Assembly (NCBI GenBank): GCA_043814095.1
Contig: JBDRKI010000102.1
Span: forward strand, 1-64,000
Direction of reading: 5' to 3'
Length of the DNA stretch: 64,000 nt
From: Armatimonadota bacterium
GTDB taxonomy: Bacteria; Vulcanimicrobiota; JACPDS01; JBDRKI01
The notes under the pieces are model-generated. The model did not search any database and was not told the DNA's origin. It worked only from the letters and a program-made list of their open reading frames with translations. Numbering within the stretch: the stretch's first letter is position 1; the number at the start of each line of letters is the position of its first letter. Positions 1 to 10,168 of this stretch are shown here, piece after piece. The position numbers were made by a program, and so were the translations under genes.

Positions 1-607
1 GCTGGGCATTAGCCGGTATTTGTATCTGTGCCTGGTTATTAGCCTGCGGGTTATCGATATTAATTCTTGCTATGGCCTGGTTATTTGCGTTTTTAAGGAA
101 AAGCTCAAGCCTATCAGCAGCCTGTACCGCCTGCGGGTTAACCGAAACGGATACATTAACGGTCTGTCCGGGAGCAAATGTTGAATTGGGAGCGGGAGCA
201 GTTATTCTTGTATCGGCTTGTATCCTGCTAATATTAATAGAAACAATATCTATATGTCCCTTTAATTTTTTCTCACTTGTTACAATTGTATATATTTGAG
301 CTTCGCCGGTGGCGGTGTTAGCGGGAATTTGCAATTGAACCTGATTGTTAATTTGCGGATTGTTTATAACGGTTTCTGCTATTATCTGATTTCCTCTTCT
401 TATTTTAACCTGCAATTGATTGGCAACTTCTGCCGCTTCGGGTTTCATGGTAATTTTAATGGTTACATTATCTCCGGGATGGAACTCAGCGTTCCTCGAC
501 GGATGTGTAACTTGCAGTCCCGCGCTTATGGCGGCAAAACCGGCTTGAACAGTCAAACCCAGCATAACCGCTAAAAGCAGAATCAGGAAAAGTTTGTTTT
601 TTTTCAT
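1..607 (-). CDS. Secreted protein with tandem ~100-aa beta-rich repeats (3' end outside the window)
   Basis: Not in the ORF track. ATG at 607 after GGAGG; translates MKKNKLFLILLLAVMLGLTVQAGFAA (Sec signal) and stays open to the window edge. Repeat cores NNPQINNQVQLQIPAN and DNPQANNQAQIQIPAN. Confidence 0.75.
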   Translation of the reverse strand, partial: MKKNKLFLILLLAVMLGLTVQAGFAAISAGLQVTHPSRNAEFHPGDNVTIKITMKPEAAEVANQLQVKIRRGNQIIAETVINNPQINNQVQLQIPANTATGEAQIYTIVTSEKKLKGHIDIVSINISRIQADTRITAPAPNSTFAPGQTVNVSVSVNPQAVQAADRLELFLKNANNQAIARINIDNPQANNQAQIQIPANAQ

Positions 608-665
608 TGAAGCCTCCTGTAATTATTTCATGGAATTTTAAGATTAGCTATCATAATAGGGAATA

Positions 666-1637
666 TTACATCCATTTTTTCTTTTTGAAAACATACAGCA
701 TAAAAATAGTAGTAATACCCATAATTCCCAAAACAATAAAATAAGCGTATTTTATTTTCAATTCAGGCATATAATCAAAATTCATGCCGTATATGCCGGC
801 AATGAGAGTTAAAGGCATCATTATTGTAGCTATTATGGTTAATACTTTCATGATACTGTTCATTTTATTTGAAACTACCGAAAGGTAAGTATCTATAGCG
901 CTGGTTACGATATCCCTGTATGAATCGGCTATATCGCTGAACCTTAATAAATAATCGTAGACATCCCTGAAATAAATCAACATATCTTTTTCTATTACGG
1001 GTGATGTGGTGCGGCTGAGTTCTAAAAAAACTTCTCTTTGATATGAAGCGGTTCTTTTCAGGCGCATTAATTTTCTTTTTAACCTGAATGTTTTGTTAAG
1101 CGTACTGTCTGTGGGGTTTTCAAAAATTTCATTTTCAATGCCGTCTATCGCCTTGTCCAGTGCTTCAACTACCGGGGTATAGGTTTCAACCATACAGTCC
1201 ATAAGATAATAGAGTATTCTTGAAGGGCCTTCCTCCAGTATAGCGGGATTTTTTTCGATCCTGGACATAGTATTATTAATAAAATCCAAACTTTTATTAT
1301 GGAAAGTAATAAGGAAATTTTTGCTTATAAAAATGTCTACTTCGTTTGTGTTAAAATCCGCGCTTTTGGCAAGAGGCGTTACCCCGTGCACTATTAAAAA
1401 TAAATATTCGCCGTAATTATCCAGTTTAGGATGGTGTGTTGAGCTTATGCAGTCTTCTATTGCCAGGGGGTGAAATTTAAATATATTTCCAAGAATATCT
1501 TCGCTTTCTTTTGATGATGTGCTTTCTATATCAAGCCAGAAGATTGTGTTTTTCTTAAGATAAAGTTCTCTGGCTTTTTCCAGACTGTCTGATTTTGTTA
1601 TTTGTCCGTTTCTGTCTAAGTATAATAAATTTATCAT
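666..1637 (-). CDS. corA: Magnesium/cobalt transporter CorA
   Basis: FHPLAIED and GIYGMNFDYMPEL signatures, two C-terminal TM helices. Start trimmed from 1739 to ATG 1637 (1646 is an alternative). Confidence 0.95.
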   Translation of the reverse strand: MINLLYLDRNGQITKSDSLEKARELYLKKNTIFWLDIESTSSKESEDILGNIFKFHPLAIEDCISSTHHPKLDNYGEYLFLIVHGVTPLAKSADFNTNEVDIFISKNFLITFHNKSLDFINNTMSRIEKNPAILEEGPSRILYYLMDCMVETYTPVVEALDKAIDGIENEIFENPTDSTLNKTFRLKRKLMRLKRTASYQREVFLELSRTTSPVIEKDMLIYFRDVYDYLLRFSDIADSYRDIVTSAIDTYLSVVSNKMNSIMKVLTIIATIMMPLTLIAGIYGMNFDYMPELKIKYAYFIVLGIMGITTIFMLYVFKKKKWM

Positions 1638-1710
1638 TAAATACATAGATTTTACAAATATTATAATATTCCTGCGGATATTTATTTTAATATGTTTTAT
1701 AAGGGAGGGA

Positions 1711-1767
1711 ATGTTAACAATTTTGTAACAATTTGGCAATAATTTGGCAATATAGGTATATTATAAT
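1711..1767 (+). promoter_or_regulatory. Four 11-bp direct repeats followed by a -10 box (response-regulator-type activated promoter)
   Basis: atgttaacaat/tttgtaacaat/ttggcaataat/ttggcaatata, 7 bp, TATAAT at 1762-1767. Near-identical to 53924-53980. Confidence 0.75.
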
Positions 1768-1813
1768 ATATGTATAAATCAAGGTAATTTTTATATTTAC
1801 ATTGGGGGTAGAT

Positions 1814-4447
1814 ATGGAAATCAGGAAAGCTGTTTCAGTCGATGATATGAGTAGTTTATACACTCAATCGTTTAATACTCAAAGCGAAAAAGCACAGAGA
1901 AGTTTTTTAGAACTTAAGGACAGATTTGATTCTATAAAGCTTTTTGCGGCCGGAAATAATAATGATGGAAAAGCACAGGGCATTGGGGACAAAAAAGCCT
2001 CGGAATCATCTAAGATTATCCCGAAAGATTTAAATCCCGAGGCCATTTACAACATAAAAGGACAAAATTCTAAATTATCGTCTCCTGACGGTAGATTTTT
2101 AATCTTCCTTGATGGAGAGTCTAAAAAATACAAAATGTTTGATTTTCAGACTAAAGAATATGTTTGTCAGGAAGTATTAGATAAAATTTTGAAAGAGGAA
2201 TATGAGTTAGTAGATTTTTCAGCAAAAGGCGATTCTTTAATCTGCTTTTCTGGTGGCGAAACAGAGCCTTATATAGAAGTTATAAACGGTAAAAAAGTTG
2301 TTAAAAAAAGGGTCGTAAAAAACGACCGATTATATACTATAGATCTTAAAACCGGCCGTAAGAAAATATTAACCGTAATAAAAATAAATGGTATGATAAG
2401 TTATTCAAGAGAAGAAAACGCGATTTATATTGTGACTTTTGTGCCTAAAAATTCTATAGAAGACAATGTAGGTTCTTATCCGCGGAAAGCCAGCTTGAAA
2501 AGAGTGTATAAAGTAGACTTAAGCGAAGGATCGGATAAAACTCCTCAGATTATTTATGAAAGCAACCGAAGAGACCGTGAAATTACGGATACACGGTTTT
2601 CACACGATGGAAGATATATGGCTTTTGTTAAAATGCCTTTAGACGGAAAAGCTAAAAACGGTGAAGTTTTTATATATGATATAAAAAATAAAAAGGAAGT
2701 AAAAGTAACGGAAAATCTCAGAGTAGAAGATATTGTAGGCTGGACTGCTGATTCAAAACGTCTTATTTTTGAACAGGATGTCAGGGATAATTGCATAAAT
2801 TCTTCTGACGGGTTATGGATGTATGATATTGAGACAGGGAAAAATATTCATCTGGCAGACGGGGAGAAATTTAATATAGAAAAAGTATTGATACCCAGGG
2901 ATCCCGGCGAGAGCTGCATTTATTTTGTTTCGCCTGCCGGTTTTTATAATGAAGTTTATAAGATAGATCTGAGTAAAATTAATTCAAATAATCCGAGATT
3001 GCCCGAACCCGAATTAATATTAAGCAAAAAAGACGGTTTTGTAAGTAATTTTATGCTTTCAGGTAATGGCGATAAACTTTATTTTAGAGCAGATACAAAA
3101 GATGCGCCTAAAGTTTTCATGTCATTAGATACGGCTTCCGGTAAAAAGGAAGAAATTGTAAATTCGAACAAAGATTTTTATAAGCAGTATAAAATGCCTA
3201 CACAGGAAATTAAGAGTTTTAAATATACCGCTGAAGACGGCAGCTCCGTTGAAATAGAATATCAGGTAACATACCCGCCGGGTTATGATAAAAACGACAA
3301 AAAAAAATACCCGCTTATTCTAATGATACACGGCGGGCCTAACAGCAGGTTTGCTGCTGATATTTTTGACGGCGATCAACCGAATCTTATGGCGGCCAGG
3401 GGATATATAGTTTTATGTCCGAATATAAGGGGGAGTGATGGGTACGGCCAAAAGCATCTGGAGGCAATATATTCTGATGATAAGGGCAATAATTTAAGTT
3501 CTAAGGGTTATCATGACCTTATGGCGGCCCTGGATAATCTTGTAACCAGGAATCCGGGTAAAGTTGATACCGATAGATTAGGTGTTTACGGGTTCAGTTA
3601 CGGCGGCAGCACGACAAATTACATTATCAGCCAGAAACATCCAAAATACAGGTTTAAAGCGGCTGTTTCCGGAGCTGGAAGATCAACTTATGTTCCGATT
3701 GACGAAAGAAAGTCTTTTATTGAAACACATTTTCCCGGGGATTTCACTTCGCAGGAAGCCGTAGCAAATAAGGTTTATCCTGCTTCACCCCTGGGGGCTT
3801 TAGGTACCACTGTTAATGAAGACCCCGGCTTTAAAACTCCGCCCCTTCTTATACTTCACGGAACTGATGACGGGACGGTTTGCTTCGGGCATTCCGAGAA
3901 TTTTTATGAAGAGTTAATAAAAAGGAAAATGAATGTAAGGCTTCTACCGTATGAGGGAATAGGGCACAACATTTTAAGCGGCAAAGGTGGTTTTATCAGT
4001 CATTATAATTATCTTGCCAACTGGTTTGATCATTTTTTACAGCCGGAAAAAGAGATATACGATTCCGAGACCTACTCCATATATGCAAATGCCGGCGAAA
4101 AAAGGTTAAACAGGATATATACGGATTCAAGATCGAAACGGATAGGAAATAAAAAATCCGAGAACGGCAAGTTTGCTAAAATCGCCTTTGAAGTCGAGCC
4201 TTTAGTCGGGATGCTGAATCTGGATATGTATAAAGAAAATATAGTGCTGGAAGATGAAGACGGAAAAAAATACAATCCTGTAGGAAAACTGGATAATTTG
4301 GGAGCCGATAAGTTAGAAAATGTAGACGAAAAAAGAATTTATTCAAGTGATGCCGAGAAATTCATATTGGTTTTTGATATTCCTAAAGAAAAGAAAGAAT
4401 ATAAATTAAAAATTAAGGATTTTCCGCCTATAAGAATAACGATATAA
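1814..4447 (+). CDS. S9 family (acylaminoacyl/dipeptidyl) serine peptidase with beta-propeller and C-terminal Ig-like domain
   Basis: [20 protein letters not shown] nucleophile elbow, HGTDD, EGIGH triad; TolB/PD40-like repeats N-terminally. ATG 1814 follows GGGGGT. Confidence 0.9.
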   Translation: MEIRKAVSVDDMSSLYTQSFNTQSEKAQRSFLELKDRFDSIKLFAAGNNNDGKAQGIGDKKASESSKIIPKDLNPEAIYNIKGQNSKLSSPDGRFLIFLDGESKKYKMFDFQTKEYVCQEVLDKILKEEYELVDFSAKGDSLICFSGGETEPYIEVINGKKVVKKRVVKNDRLYTIDLKTGRKKILTVIKINGMISYSREENAIYIVTFVPKNSIEDNVGSYPRKASLKRVYKVDLSEGSDKTPQIIYESNRRDREITDTRFSHDGRYMAFVKMPLDGKAKNGEVFIYDIKNKKEVKVTENLRVEDIVGWTADSKRLIFEQDVRDNCINSSDGLWMYDIETGKNIHLADGEKFNIEKVLIPRDPGESCIYFVSPAGFYNEVYKIDLSKINSNNPRLPEPELILSKKDGFVSNFMLSGNGDKLYFRADTKDAPKVFMSLDTASGKKEEIVNSNKDFYKQYKMPTQEIKSFKYTAEDGSSVEIEYQVTYPPGYDKNDKKKYPLILMIHGGPNSRFAADIFDGDQPNLMAARGYIVLCPNIRGSDGYGQKHLEAIYSDDKGNNLSSKGYHDLMAALDNLVTRNPGKVDTDRLGVYGFSYGGSTTNYIISQKHPKYRFKAAVSGAGRSTYVPIDERKSFIETHFPGDFTSQEAVANKVYPASPLGALGTTVNEDPGFKTPPLLILHGTDDGTVCFGHSENFYEELIKRKMNVRLLPYEGIGHNILSGKGGFISHYNYLANWFDHFLQPEKEIYDSETYSIYANAGEKRLNRIYTDSRSKRIGNKKSENGKFAKIAFEVEPLVGMLNLDMYKENIVLEDEDGKKYNPVGKLDNLGADKLENVDEKRIYSSDAEKFILVFDIPKEKKEYKLKIKDFPPIRITI

Positions 4448-4463
4448 CAAAGGAGGTGAGAAC

Positions 4464-4787
4464 ATGATAGTTACAACAACCCCGAGTGTTGAAGGGAAAC
4501 AGGTTGCGGAGTATCTGAATATCGTAACCGGCGAAGCCATACTGGGTGCCAATGCAATTAAGGACATGTGCGCTTCATTTACCGATTTTTTCGGCGGCAG
4601 ATCCGGCTCATATGAGAAAGAGATGGGTAAAGCAAGAGAGATAGCCATTGATGAGATGAAGCAGGCGGCACAGGCACTGGGCGCAGATGCGGTAGTCGGC
4701 GTGGATATTGATTATGAGACTTTGGGCAGAGAAGGAAGCAATATGATGTTCGTAACGGCATCAGGTACCGCGGTTAAGTTCGGTTAG
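4464..4787 (+). CDS. ybjQ: YbjQ/UPF0145 heavy-metal-binding family protein
   Basis: MIVTTT...[10 protein letters not shown]...[13 protein letters not shown]...ASGTAV. Confidence 0.92.
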   Translation: MIVTTTPSVEGKQVAEYLNIVTGEAILGANAIKDMCASFTDFFGGRSGSYEKEMGKAREIAIDEMKQAAQALGADAVVGVDIDYETLGREGSNMMFVTASGTAVKFG

Positions 4788-4803
4788 GGAAAAATTTGTT
4801 TCT

Positions 4804-4837
4804 AATAAAGAGGCGGTTTTTAAACCGTCTCTTTATT
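4804..4837. terminator. Bidirectional rho-independent terminator
   Basis: aataaagaggcggttt-tt-aaaccgtctctttatt hairpin between convergent ybjQ and oppC. Confidence 0.8.
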
Positions 4838-5691
4838 TATACCTTCATCTTGGGATCAAGCGCGTCACGCAGCCCGTCTCCTATGAAGTTGAATGCCAGA
4901 ACGGCTATCATTATAAGGAGGCCGGGGAAGATGCTCATCCACGGGGCTGAGAATATATATTCCTGCGCGCTCTGGAGCATATTGCCCCAGGAAGCCATGG
5001 GTTCCTGAACTCCTAATCCTAAAAAGCTTAATACCGATTCCAACAGTATTGTCGCCGCCACGCCTAATGTGCCTGTTACTATTATGGGGGCGCTGGCGTT
5101 CGGGATGAGGTGCTTAAATATTATCCTTGAGTCTGAGGCGCCTATTGCTCTTGCCGCTTCTATAAAAGGTGTTTCTTTTAAAGATAAAATCTGACCCCTT
5201 ACAAGACGTGCCGTGCCTGCCCAAGAGGTTAACCCGATTACAAGTATCACATTCCAGATGGAAGGCTTTACCATGGTCTGTATAATCAATATGAAGAACA
5301 GGGTAGGGAGGCATAATAAAAGGTCTACTATTCGCATAATTACCGCATCAAGTATCCCTCCGTAATAACCCGATAAAGCGCCGAAGAATGTTCCTATCAG
5401 TATAAATATGATTACCGCGCAAATACCGACCAGAAGCGATACTCTGCCCCCGTAAAGCGCGCGTGATAATATATCCCTGCCGAAATTATCCGTTCCTAAA
5501 AGATGTTTTAAAGATGGGGGCTGAGGGATGCCTCTAAAAGATAAGTCCGGCTTATCAGGGCTGTACGGCGCTAAAACAGGCGCAAAAATTGCGCAGAAGG
5601 TTAATATAATAAGGATGATAAGTCCGGTTTTTGCAAGCTTATTCTTTTTAAACCTTCTCCATGATTTTGCTGTCAGTTCATTTTTAACCAT
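4837..5691 (-). CDS. oppC: Oligopeptide ABC transporter permease
   Basis: HLLGTDNFGRD, EAARAIGA loop, FNFIGDGLRDALDP. Confidence 0.93.
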   Translation of the reverse strand: MVKNELTAKSWRRFKKNKLAKTGLIILIILTFCAIFAPVLAPYSPDKPDLSFRGIPQPPSLKHLLGTDNFGRDILSRALYGGRVSLLVGICAVIIFILIGTFFGALSGYYGGILDAVIMRIVDLLLCLPTLFFILIIQTMVKPSIWNVILVIGLTSWAGTARLVRGQILSLKETPFIEAARAIGASDSRIIFKHLIPNASAPIIVTGTLGVAATILLESVLSFLGLGVQEPMASWGNMLQSAQEYIFSAPWMSIFPGLLIMIAVLAFNFIGDGLRDALDPKMKV

Positions 5692-5695
5692 ATAA

Positions 5696-6655
5696 TTAAT
5701 ACCTTATTCTAGGATCCGCCCACGCGTATAATATATCCGCAAGCAGGTTCCCGAGGAGCACTAAGACTGATGTAAGGAGTATATCACCCATAAGTATGGG
5801 GTAATCCCTGTGAAATACAGCATTCATGCCAAGCTGGCCCATCCCGGGCCATCCGAATATATATTCAATTACAAACGCGCCTGCCACTAATATGGGCAGG
5901 CTTAAACCTATTAAAGTTATAACAGGGAGAAGCGCGTTGCGCAGTGCGTGTTTGTATATGACTATGTTCTCGGGAAGCCCCTTTGCCCGGGCTGTCCGTA
6001 TATAATCTTCATTTATAACCTCAAGCATTGATGAACGCAGGTATCTTGTCCAGTCGGCCAGGTTTCTGACCGTTAATACCGCTGCCGGAAGGGCCAGATG
6101 CTTTAAGAAATCAAGAAATTTTGCAAAAAACGGTCCTGAATATATACTGCATATCCCTGATGAAGGGAACCATCCCAGTTTTAAACTGAAAATATATATT
6201 GCCATAAGGGCAAGCCAGAATGAGGGCATGCTTAGCCCTATAAATGCAAGGAATGTAAGTGAATAGTCCCAGATGGAATACTGCCTTACGGCAGATATCA
6301 CACCCAGTGGAATTGATATTAATAAGCTTAAAATGTATGCCCCGCCCATTAAAGCTAAGGTCGCAGGTATTCTTTCAACTATGCTTTTTAATACCGGCCT
6401 TCCGTTAACCATTGAATATCCGAGATCGCCGTGAAGAGCTAAATTTTTAAGCCATATCCCGTACTGTACGATTACAGGTTTGTTTAACCCTAAGTTTTCC
6501 TTCATTAACTGGCGGTCCTGTGGTCTTGTTCTGGGATTAATAAGATAATCGGTAGGGTCTCCCGGCGCCATAACTATAATAAAATAGGAGACAACCGTCA
6601 CTAAAAGTAATGTCGGCAGCATTCCCAGTATGCGTTTTAATATGTATTTCAGCAT
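5696..6655 (-). CDS. oppB: Oligopeptide ABC transporter permease
   Basis: APGDP, GDLGYS, DYIRTARAKGL, KHALRNA, DPRIRY. Confidence 0.93.
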   Translation of the reverse strand: MLKYILKRILGMLPTLLLVTVVSYFIIVMAPGDPTDYLINPRTRPQDRQLMKENLGLNKPVIVQYGIWLKNLALHGDLGYSMVNGRPVLKSIVERIPATLALMGGAYILSLLISIPLGVISAVRQYSIWDYSLTFLAFIGLSMPSFWLALMAIYIFSLKLGWFPSSGICSIYSGPFFAKFLDFLKHLALPAAVLTVRNLADWTRYLRSSMLEVINEDYIRTARAKGLPENIVIYKHALRNALLPVITLIGLSLPILVAGAFVIEYIFGWPGMGQLGMNAVFHRDYPILMGDILLTSVLVLLGNLLADILYAWADPRIRY

Positions 6656-6678
6656 AAGTTTGCCTGTATATTATTTTG

Positions 6679-8271
6679 TTATTTTTTTTCCAGATACAGT
6701 TTCTCGGGATATATGAATATGCCCATGGGGTTTTCTTTACCGTAACCTTTAAGGCGCGTGTTAACTCCGCTTACAGATCTTGGACTCCATAAAAATACAT
6801 AAGCCGCATCTTCTGATACTATCTGCTGGAATTCTATGTATAATTTTTTCCGTTCGCCTCTGTCGTAGGTTGTACGCGCTTGTTCTAAAAGCTTATCTAC
6901 TTTGGGGTTTGAATAGGAAAGATAATTCATGCCGTCATCACCTGATTGAGACGAGTGCCATTCGGTATAGCAATCAGGGTCCGGAGTTTCAAACCAGTCC
7001 CATATAACGGCTTCAAATTTACCGGGATATGATTTATCATACATAACGTTTGTTTCATAAGAACGAAGGCTTGCTTTTATTCCCACGGTATTTAAAAAGG
7101 ATTGTATAAGAACGCCTATTTTATGGAATCTCGGGTTTGTCTGCAGGTACATTATCTCAAATTCAAGCTTTTTGCCGTCTTTTTCATAAATACCGTCACT
7201 GCCTTTTTTATATCCGGATTTTTCCAGCAGTTCTTCCGCTTTTTTCGGATCATAGTTATATATGATTACATTATCGGTATAAGCCCAGGATGCTTTAGGC
7301 ATAGGGCCGTTAATAATATCTCCCATACCGGGAGCCACATTATTCAGTAATTTTTCTTTATCTATGGCGTGGTTAATCGCGCGCCGGACATCGATGTCTT
7401 TAAATACCGGGTTTGTTAAATCAAAAGCCAGGTAATAATAATCAAATTCCGGCGCTTCATATTTTTTAAGAAAGGAGTATTCATTTAATGTTTTTAAATC
7501 CTGCTCATCCAGAGGGCTGTATATGTCAATTTCCTGTCTTTGCAGGGCAATTTTGCCTGCTTCACGCGACGGCATTATTTTATAAACTATCTGCTGTATT
7601 TTCGGGGAGCCGTCAAAGTAATCTTTGTTTGCTTCCAGTATTATTTTGTCTCCCTGGTGCCATGCCTGTAATTTATAGGGGCCTGTTCCTACCGGCGTAT
7701 TGTTAAACTCGCATTTATTTATATCGGCATCCTTAAGAAGATGCTCCGGTACTATACCCAGCATTGTAAGGTATGTTTCAAATGGGGCGAAAACCTCAGG
7801 AAGCGTAAACTGTACTTTATAATCATCTATGACTTTTACGTCAACGGGTTTATTATTGATTATAAACATGCCCCTGTTGAAAGTATTGGTATTTTCATCA
7901 TATAATTTATCAAATGTAAATTTGACGTCACGGGCCGTGAACGGTGTTCCGTCATGCCATCTTACGTCTTTTCTCAGAAAAAAAGTCCATGTTTTTTTGT
8001 CTTTTGATATCTCCCATCCTTCTGCCAAACTGCCTGTTATTTCCATATTTTCGTTAAATTTTACAAGAGGATTGAAAATTAAGTTGCATAAAGCCATGGA
8101 TGTGCCGTCGCTTGCCATAACGGGGTTAATGGTGCGCGGGTTTGATTTTATGGCCAGGTTTAAAACTTGAGTTTTATCTGAGGATGTTTTAAACCAGCCC
8201 TGTTTATATCCCATAAATATAAAAGCAATAAGCAGGATCAGGATAATAATAATTATATTTTTACCTTTCAT
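6679..8271 (-). CDS. oppA: Oligopeptide ABC transporter substrate-binding protein (family 5)
   Basis: N-terminal membrane anchor, LRKDVRWHDGTPFTARDV, PVGTGPY, VRRAINHAID. Confidence 0.92.
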   Translation of the reverse strand: MKGKNIIIIILILLIAFIFMGYKQGWFKTSSDKTQVLNLAIKSNPRTINPVMASDGTSMALCNLIFNPLVKFNENMEITGSLAEGWEISKDKKTWTFFLRKDVRWHDGTPFTARDVKFTFDKLYDENTNTFNRGMFIINNKPVDVKVIDDYKVQFTLPEVFAPFETYLTMLGIVPEHLLKDADINKCEFNNTPVGTGPYKLQAWHQGDKIILEANKDYFDGSPKIQQIVYKIMPSREAGKIALQRQEIDIYSPLDEQDLKTLNEYSFLKKYEAPEFDYYYLAFDLTNPVFKDIDVRRAINHAIDKEKLLNNVAPGMGDIINGPMPKASWAYTDNVIIYNYDPKKAEELLEKSGYKKGSDGIYEKDGKKLEFEIMYLQTNPRFHKIGVLIQSFLNTVGIKASLRSYETNVMYDKSYPGKFEAVIWDWFETPDPDCYTEWHSSQSGDDGMNYLSYSNPKVDKLLEQARTTYDRGERKKLYIEFQQIVSEDAAYVFLWSPRSVSGVNTRLKGYGKENPMGIFIYPEKLYLEKK

Positions 8272-8387
8272 GTAACCTCCATAATTTATATACTATTATT
8301 TTATTCAGCACTTAAATCCTGCAGGTAGATATGATAAAAAATACGGGTGAAAATATGAAAAGAATATATTAAAGAAGAAAGATGATT

Positions 8388-10082
8388 TTATTTTTCCGTA
8401 ATTTCTTTTTTAAATATAATTGTTATGTCATCAAATCCGATTACCTTATCGGCCATATTATCTAACAAGTCTTTAGGTGCTCCTGGATATATAAATCTAC
8501 GCGTACCTATAAATCTCTGGCTGTAATAAGGTGAATCCATAGAAGTAATATTCATCCCGTCCGTAGCAGTTGAATTATGTATGAAATTTCCGTTTCCTAT
8601 ATATATGCCTACATGACCAGGGAGGAAACTCCCGTATTCTATGGGGGATTTATTTCCAAAAAATACCGCATCACCGGGTTGCAGATCTTCTTCTCTAACA
8701 GGTTGACCCACTAAAAACTGCAGGTCTGCATCCATGGGAAGTTTTATCCCCAGATATTTATAGATAAGGTAAACCATATGAGAACAGTTAGTATTCTTCG
8801 GTGTATAATGCCATAGTGTATAGGGTATTCCCAGAAACTTTCTTGCAAGCTCAACCACATCTTTTCCTGTTGGATTCTGTGCAGAATATATGTTTCTTAG
8901 CTCTACGGACTCTTTTTTTACATATCCAGTACGTCTGTCAGGAAGTTTTACGCTGTATCCATTATTTAATATTTCTGTTGTTTGAAGCAGGCTCGTAAAA
9001 GGTGCTTTTATTATTTCTCCGGAGCTTAATTTTATATCAGCCATTTTTTCTTTGACAATCAACCATGTATCATTTTGTTTTGCATTGTATGGATTCAAAA
9101 CAACATCTTCTTTTTTTATGTATCCTATAAATCCCGTAGGTGCTTTTACATGAAACCAATCTCCTTCAGTATTTGTTAATTTATTTAGTATGTGTACCTG
9201 TTCACCCATATAAGCCTGTGTGGTTAAATGTATTGCTGGATGTAAATCGGGTTTTTCTCTTATATCGGCAATGGATATATTTACAATTCCTATATTTTTA
9301 TGATTGAGATTTTGTGGCAGGCATCTTTCTACTTCAATATTAGTATCATCAAACTGGGGCCTGGATGCTGTTACTCTGATTTTTTTAACTTCGGGACCGA
9401 AAAGTTTTTGAGATTCTTTAATAATTGTATCTAACCGTTTACTGTTTCTTATATTTCCCTCTATCGTAATTATATTATCTGAATTTTTATTTTTAAGGAT
9501 ATATTTTTCATGGAATCGTTTGGGAGAAATATGCGGTTCCAGTCTGCTTTTTATATCTTCAATATCATTAAAATCAACTTCAAATTCTAAAAATTTACCG
9601 TAAAGGTCTTCGGTGTATATTCTGATATTTTTTGCCGGTACTTCATATAGTATTCTTAAATATCCTTTTCCCCGTATAAGGTCATAGAAAAGCTCTCTTG
9701 TTTCAGTATCTGTCAGCACCTGCAGTACTTTATCATAAACTTCATCTGATAAAGGATCTATTATTTTTAATCCTGCTTTTTTAATACGGTCTCCAAAGAA
9801 CCTAATAAGGTAGCTTCTGCTAAGTTCTGTCTCCCATTTAATATTTTTATAACAGAGGTATTCACCGAGTTTTTGTTTTAAGTCTTCAATGGAAACATTA
9901 TAAATATCTGTTTCTTTTAATTTATCGTAACGGGATTCCAGTTCTTGTATGGAAAGACTTTTTGCATTTTGATAGTAATTACAGTTAAATTCTTTTGAGT
10001 GTAAATAAGGGGTGTTTAAAGTAAGGATAAGCAGAATAAGGAAAGATTTTACAAAAATTCTTAAAATGCTGCTCTCTTTCAT
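8388..10082 (-). CDS. Secreted SH3b + NlpC/P60 (C40) peptidase with an unknown N-terminal domain
   Basis: Signal peptide from ATG 10082; SH3b-like WFHVKAPTGFIGYI and VKLPDRRTGYV; catalytic NCS...GHVGIY...FIH. Confidence 0.85.
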   Translation of the reverse strand: MKESSILRIFVKSFLILLILTLNTPYLHSKEFNCNYYQNAKSLSIQELESRYDKLKETDIYNVSIEDLKQKLGEYLCYKNIKWETELSRSYLIRFFGDRIKKAGLKIIDPLSDEVYDKVLQVLTDTETRELFYDLIRGKGYLRILYEVPAKNIRIYTEDLYGKFLEFEVDFNDIEDIKSRLEPHISPKRFHEKYILKNKNSDNIITIEGNIRNSKRLDTIIKESQKLFGPEVKKIRVTASRPQFDDTNIEVERCLPQNLNHKNIGIVNISIADIREKPDLHPAIHLTTQAYMGEQVHILNKLTNTEGDWFHVKAPTGFIGYIKKEDVVLNPYNAKQNDTWLIVKEKMADIKLSSGEIIKAPFTSLLQTTEILNNGYSVKLPDRRTGYVKKESVELRNIYSAQNPTGKDVVELARKFLGIPYTLWHYTPKNTNCSHMVYLIYKYLGIKLPMDADLQFLVGQPVREEDLQPGDAVFFGNKSPIEYGSFLPGHVGIYIGNGNFIHNSTATDGMNITSMDSPYYSQRFIGTRRFIYPGAPKDLLDNMADKVIGFDDITIIFKKEITEK

Positions 10083-10089
10083 GAATATA

Positions 10090-10158
10090 ATTATACCTTC
10101 AAAAACAAGAAATGGCAAATCTTAAAAATTTGCCATTTCTTTATCATAGTTGTATAAT
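10090..10158. promoter_or_regulatory. Symmetric back-to-back sigma-70 promoters
   Basis: + strand TTGCCA(10130)-17-TATAAT(10153); - strand TTGCCA(10118)-17-TATAAT(10095). The two -35 boxes lie within a perfect 14-bp inverted repeat at 10107-10141. Confidence 0.75.
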
Positions 10159-10168
10159 TACTAAGATT

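Noticed and set aside
72-574. Two short + strand ORFs
   Set aside because: Antisense shadows of the secreted-protein gene on the - strand.
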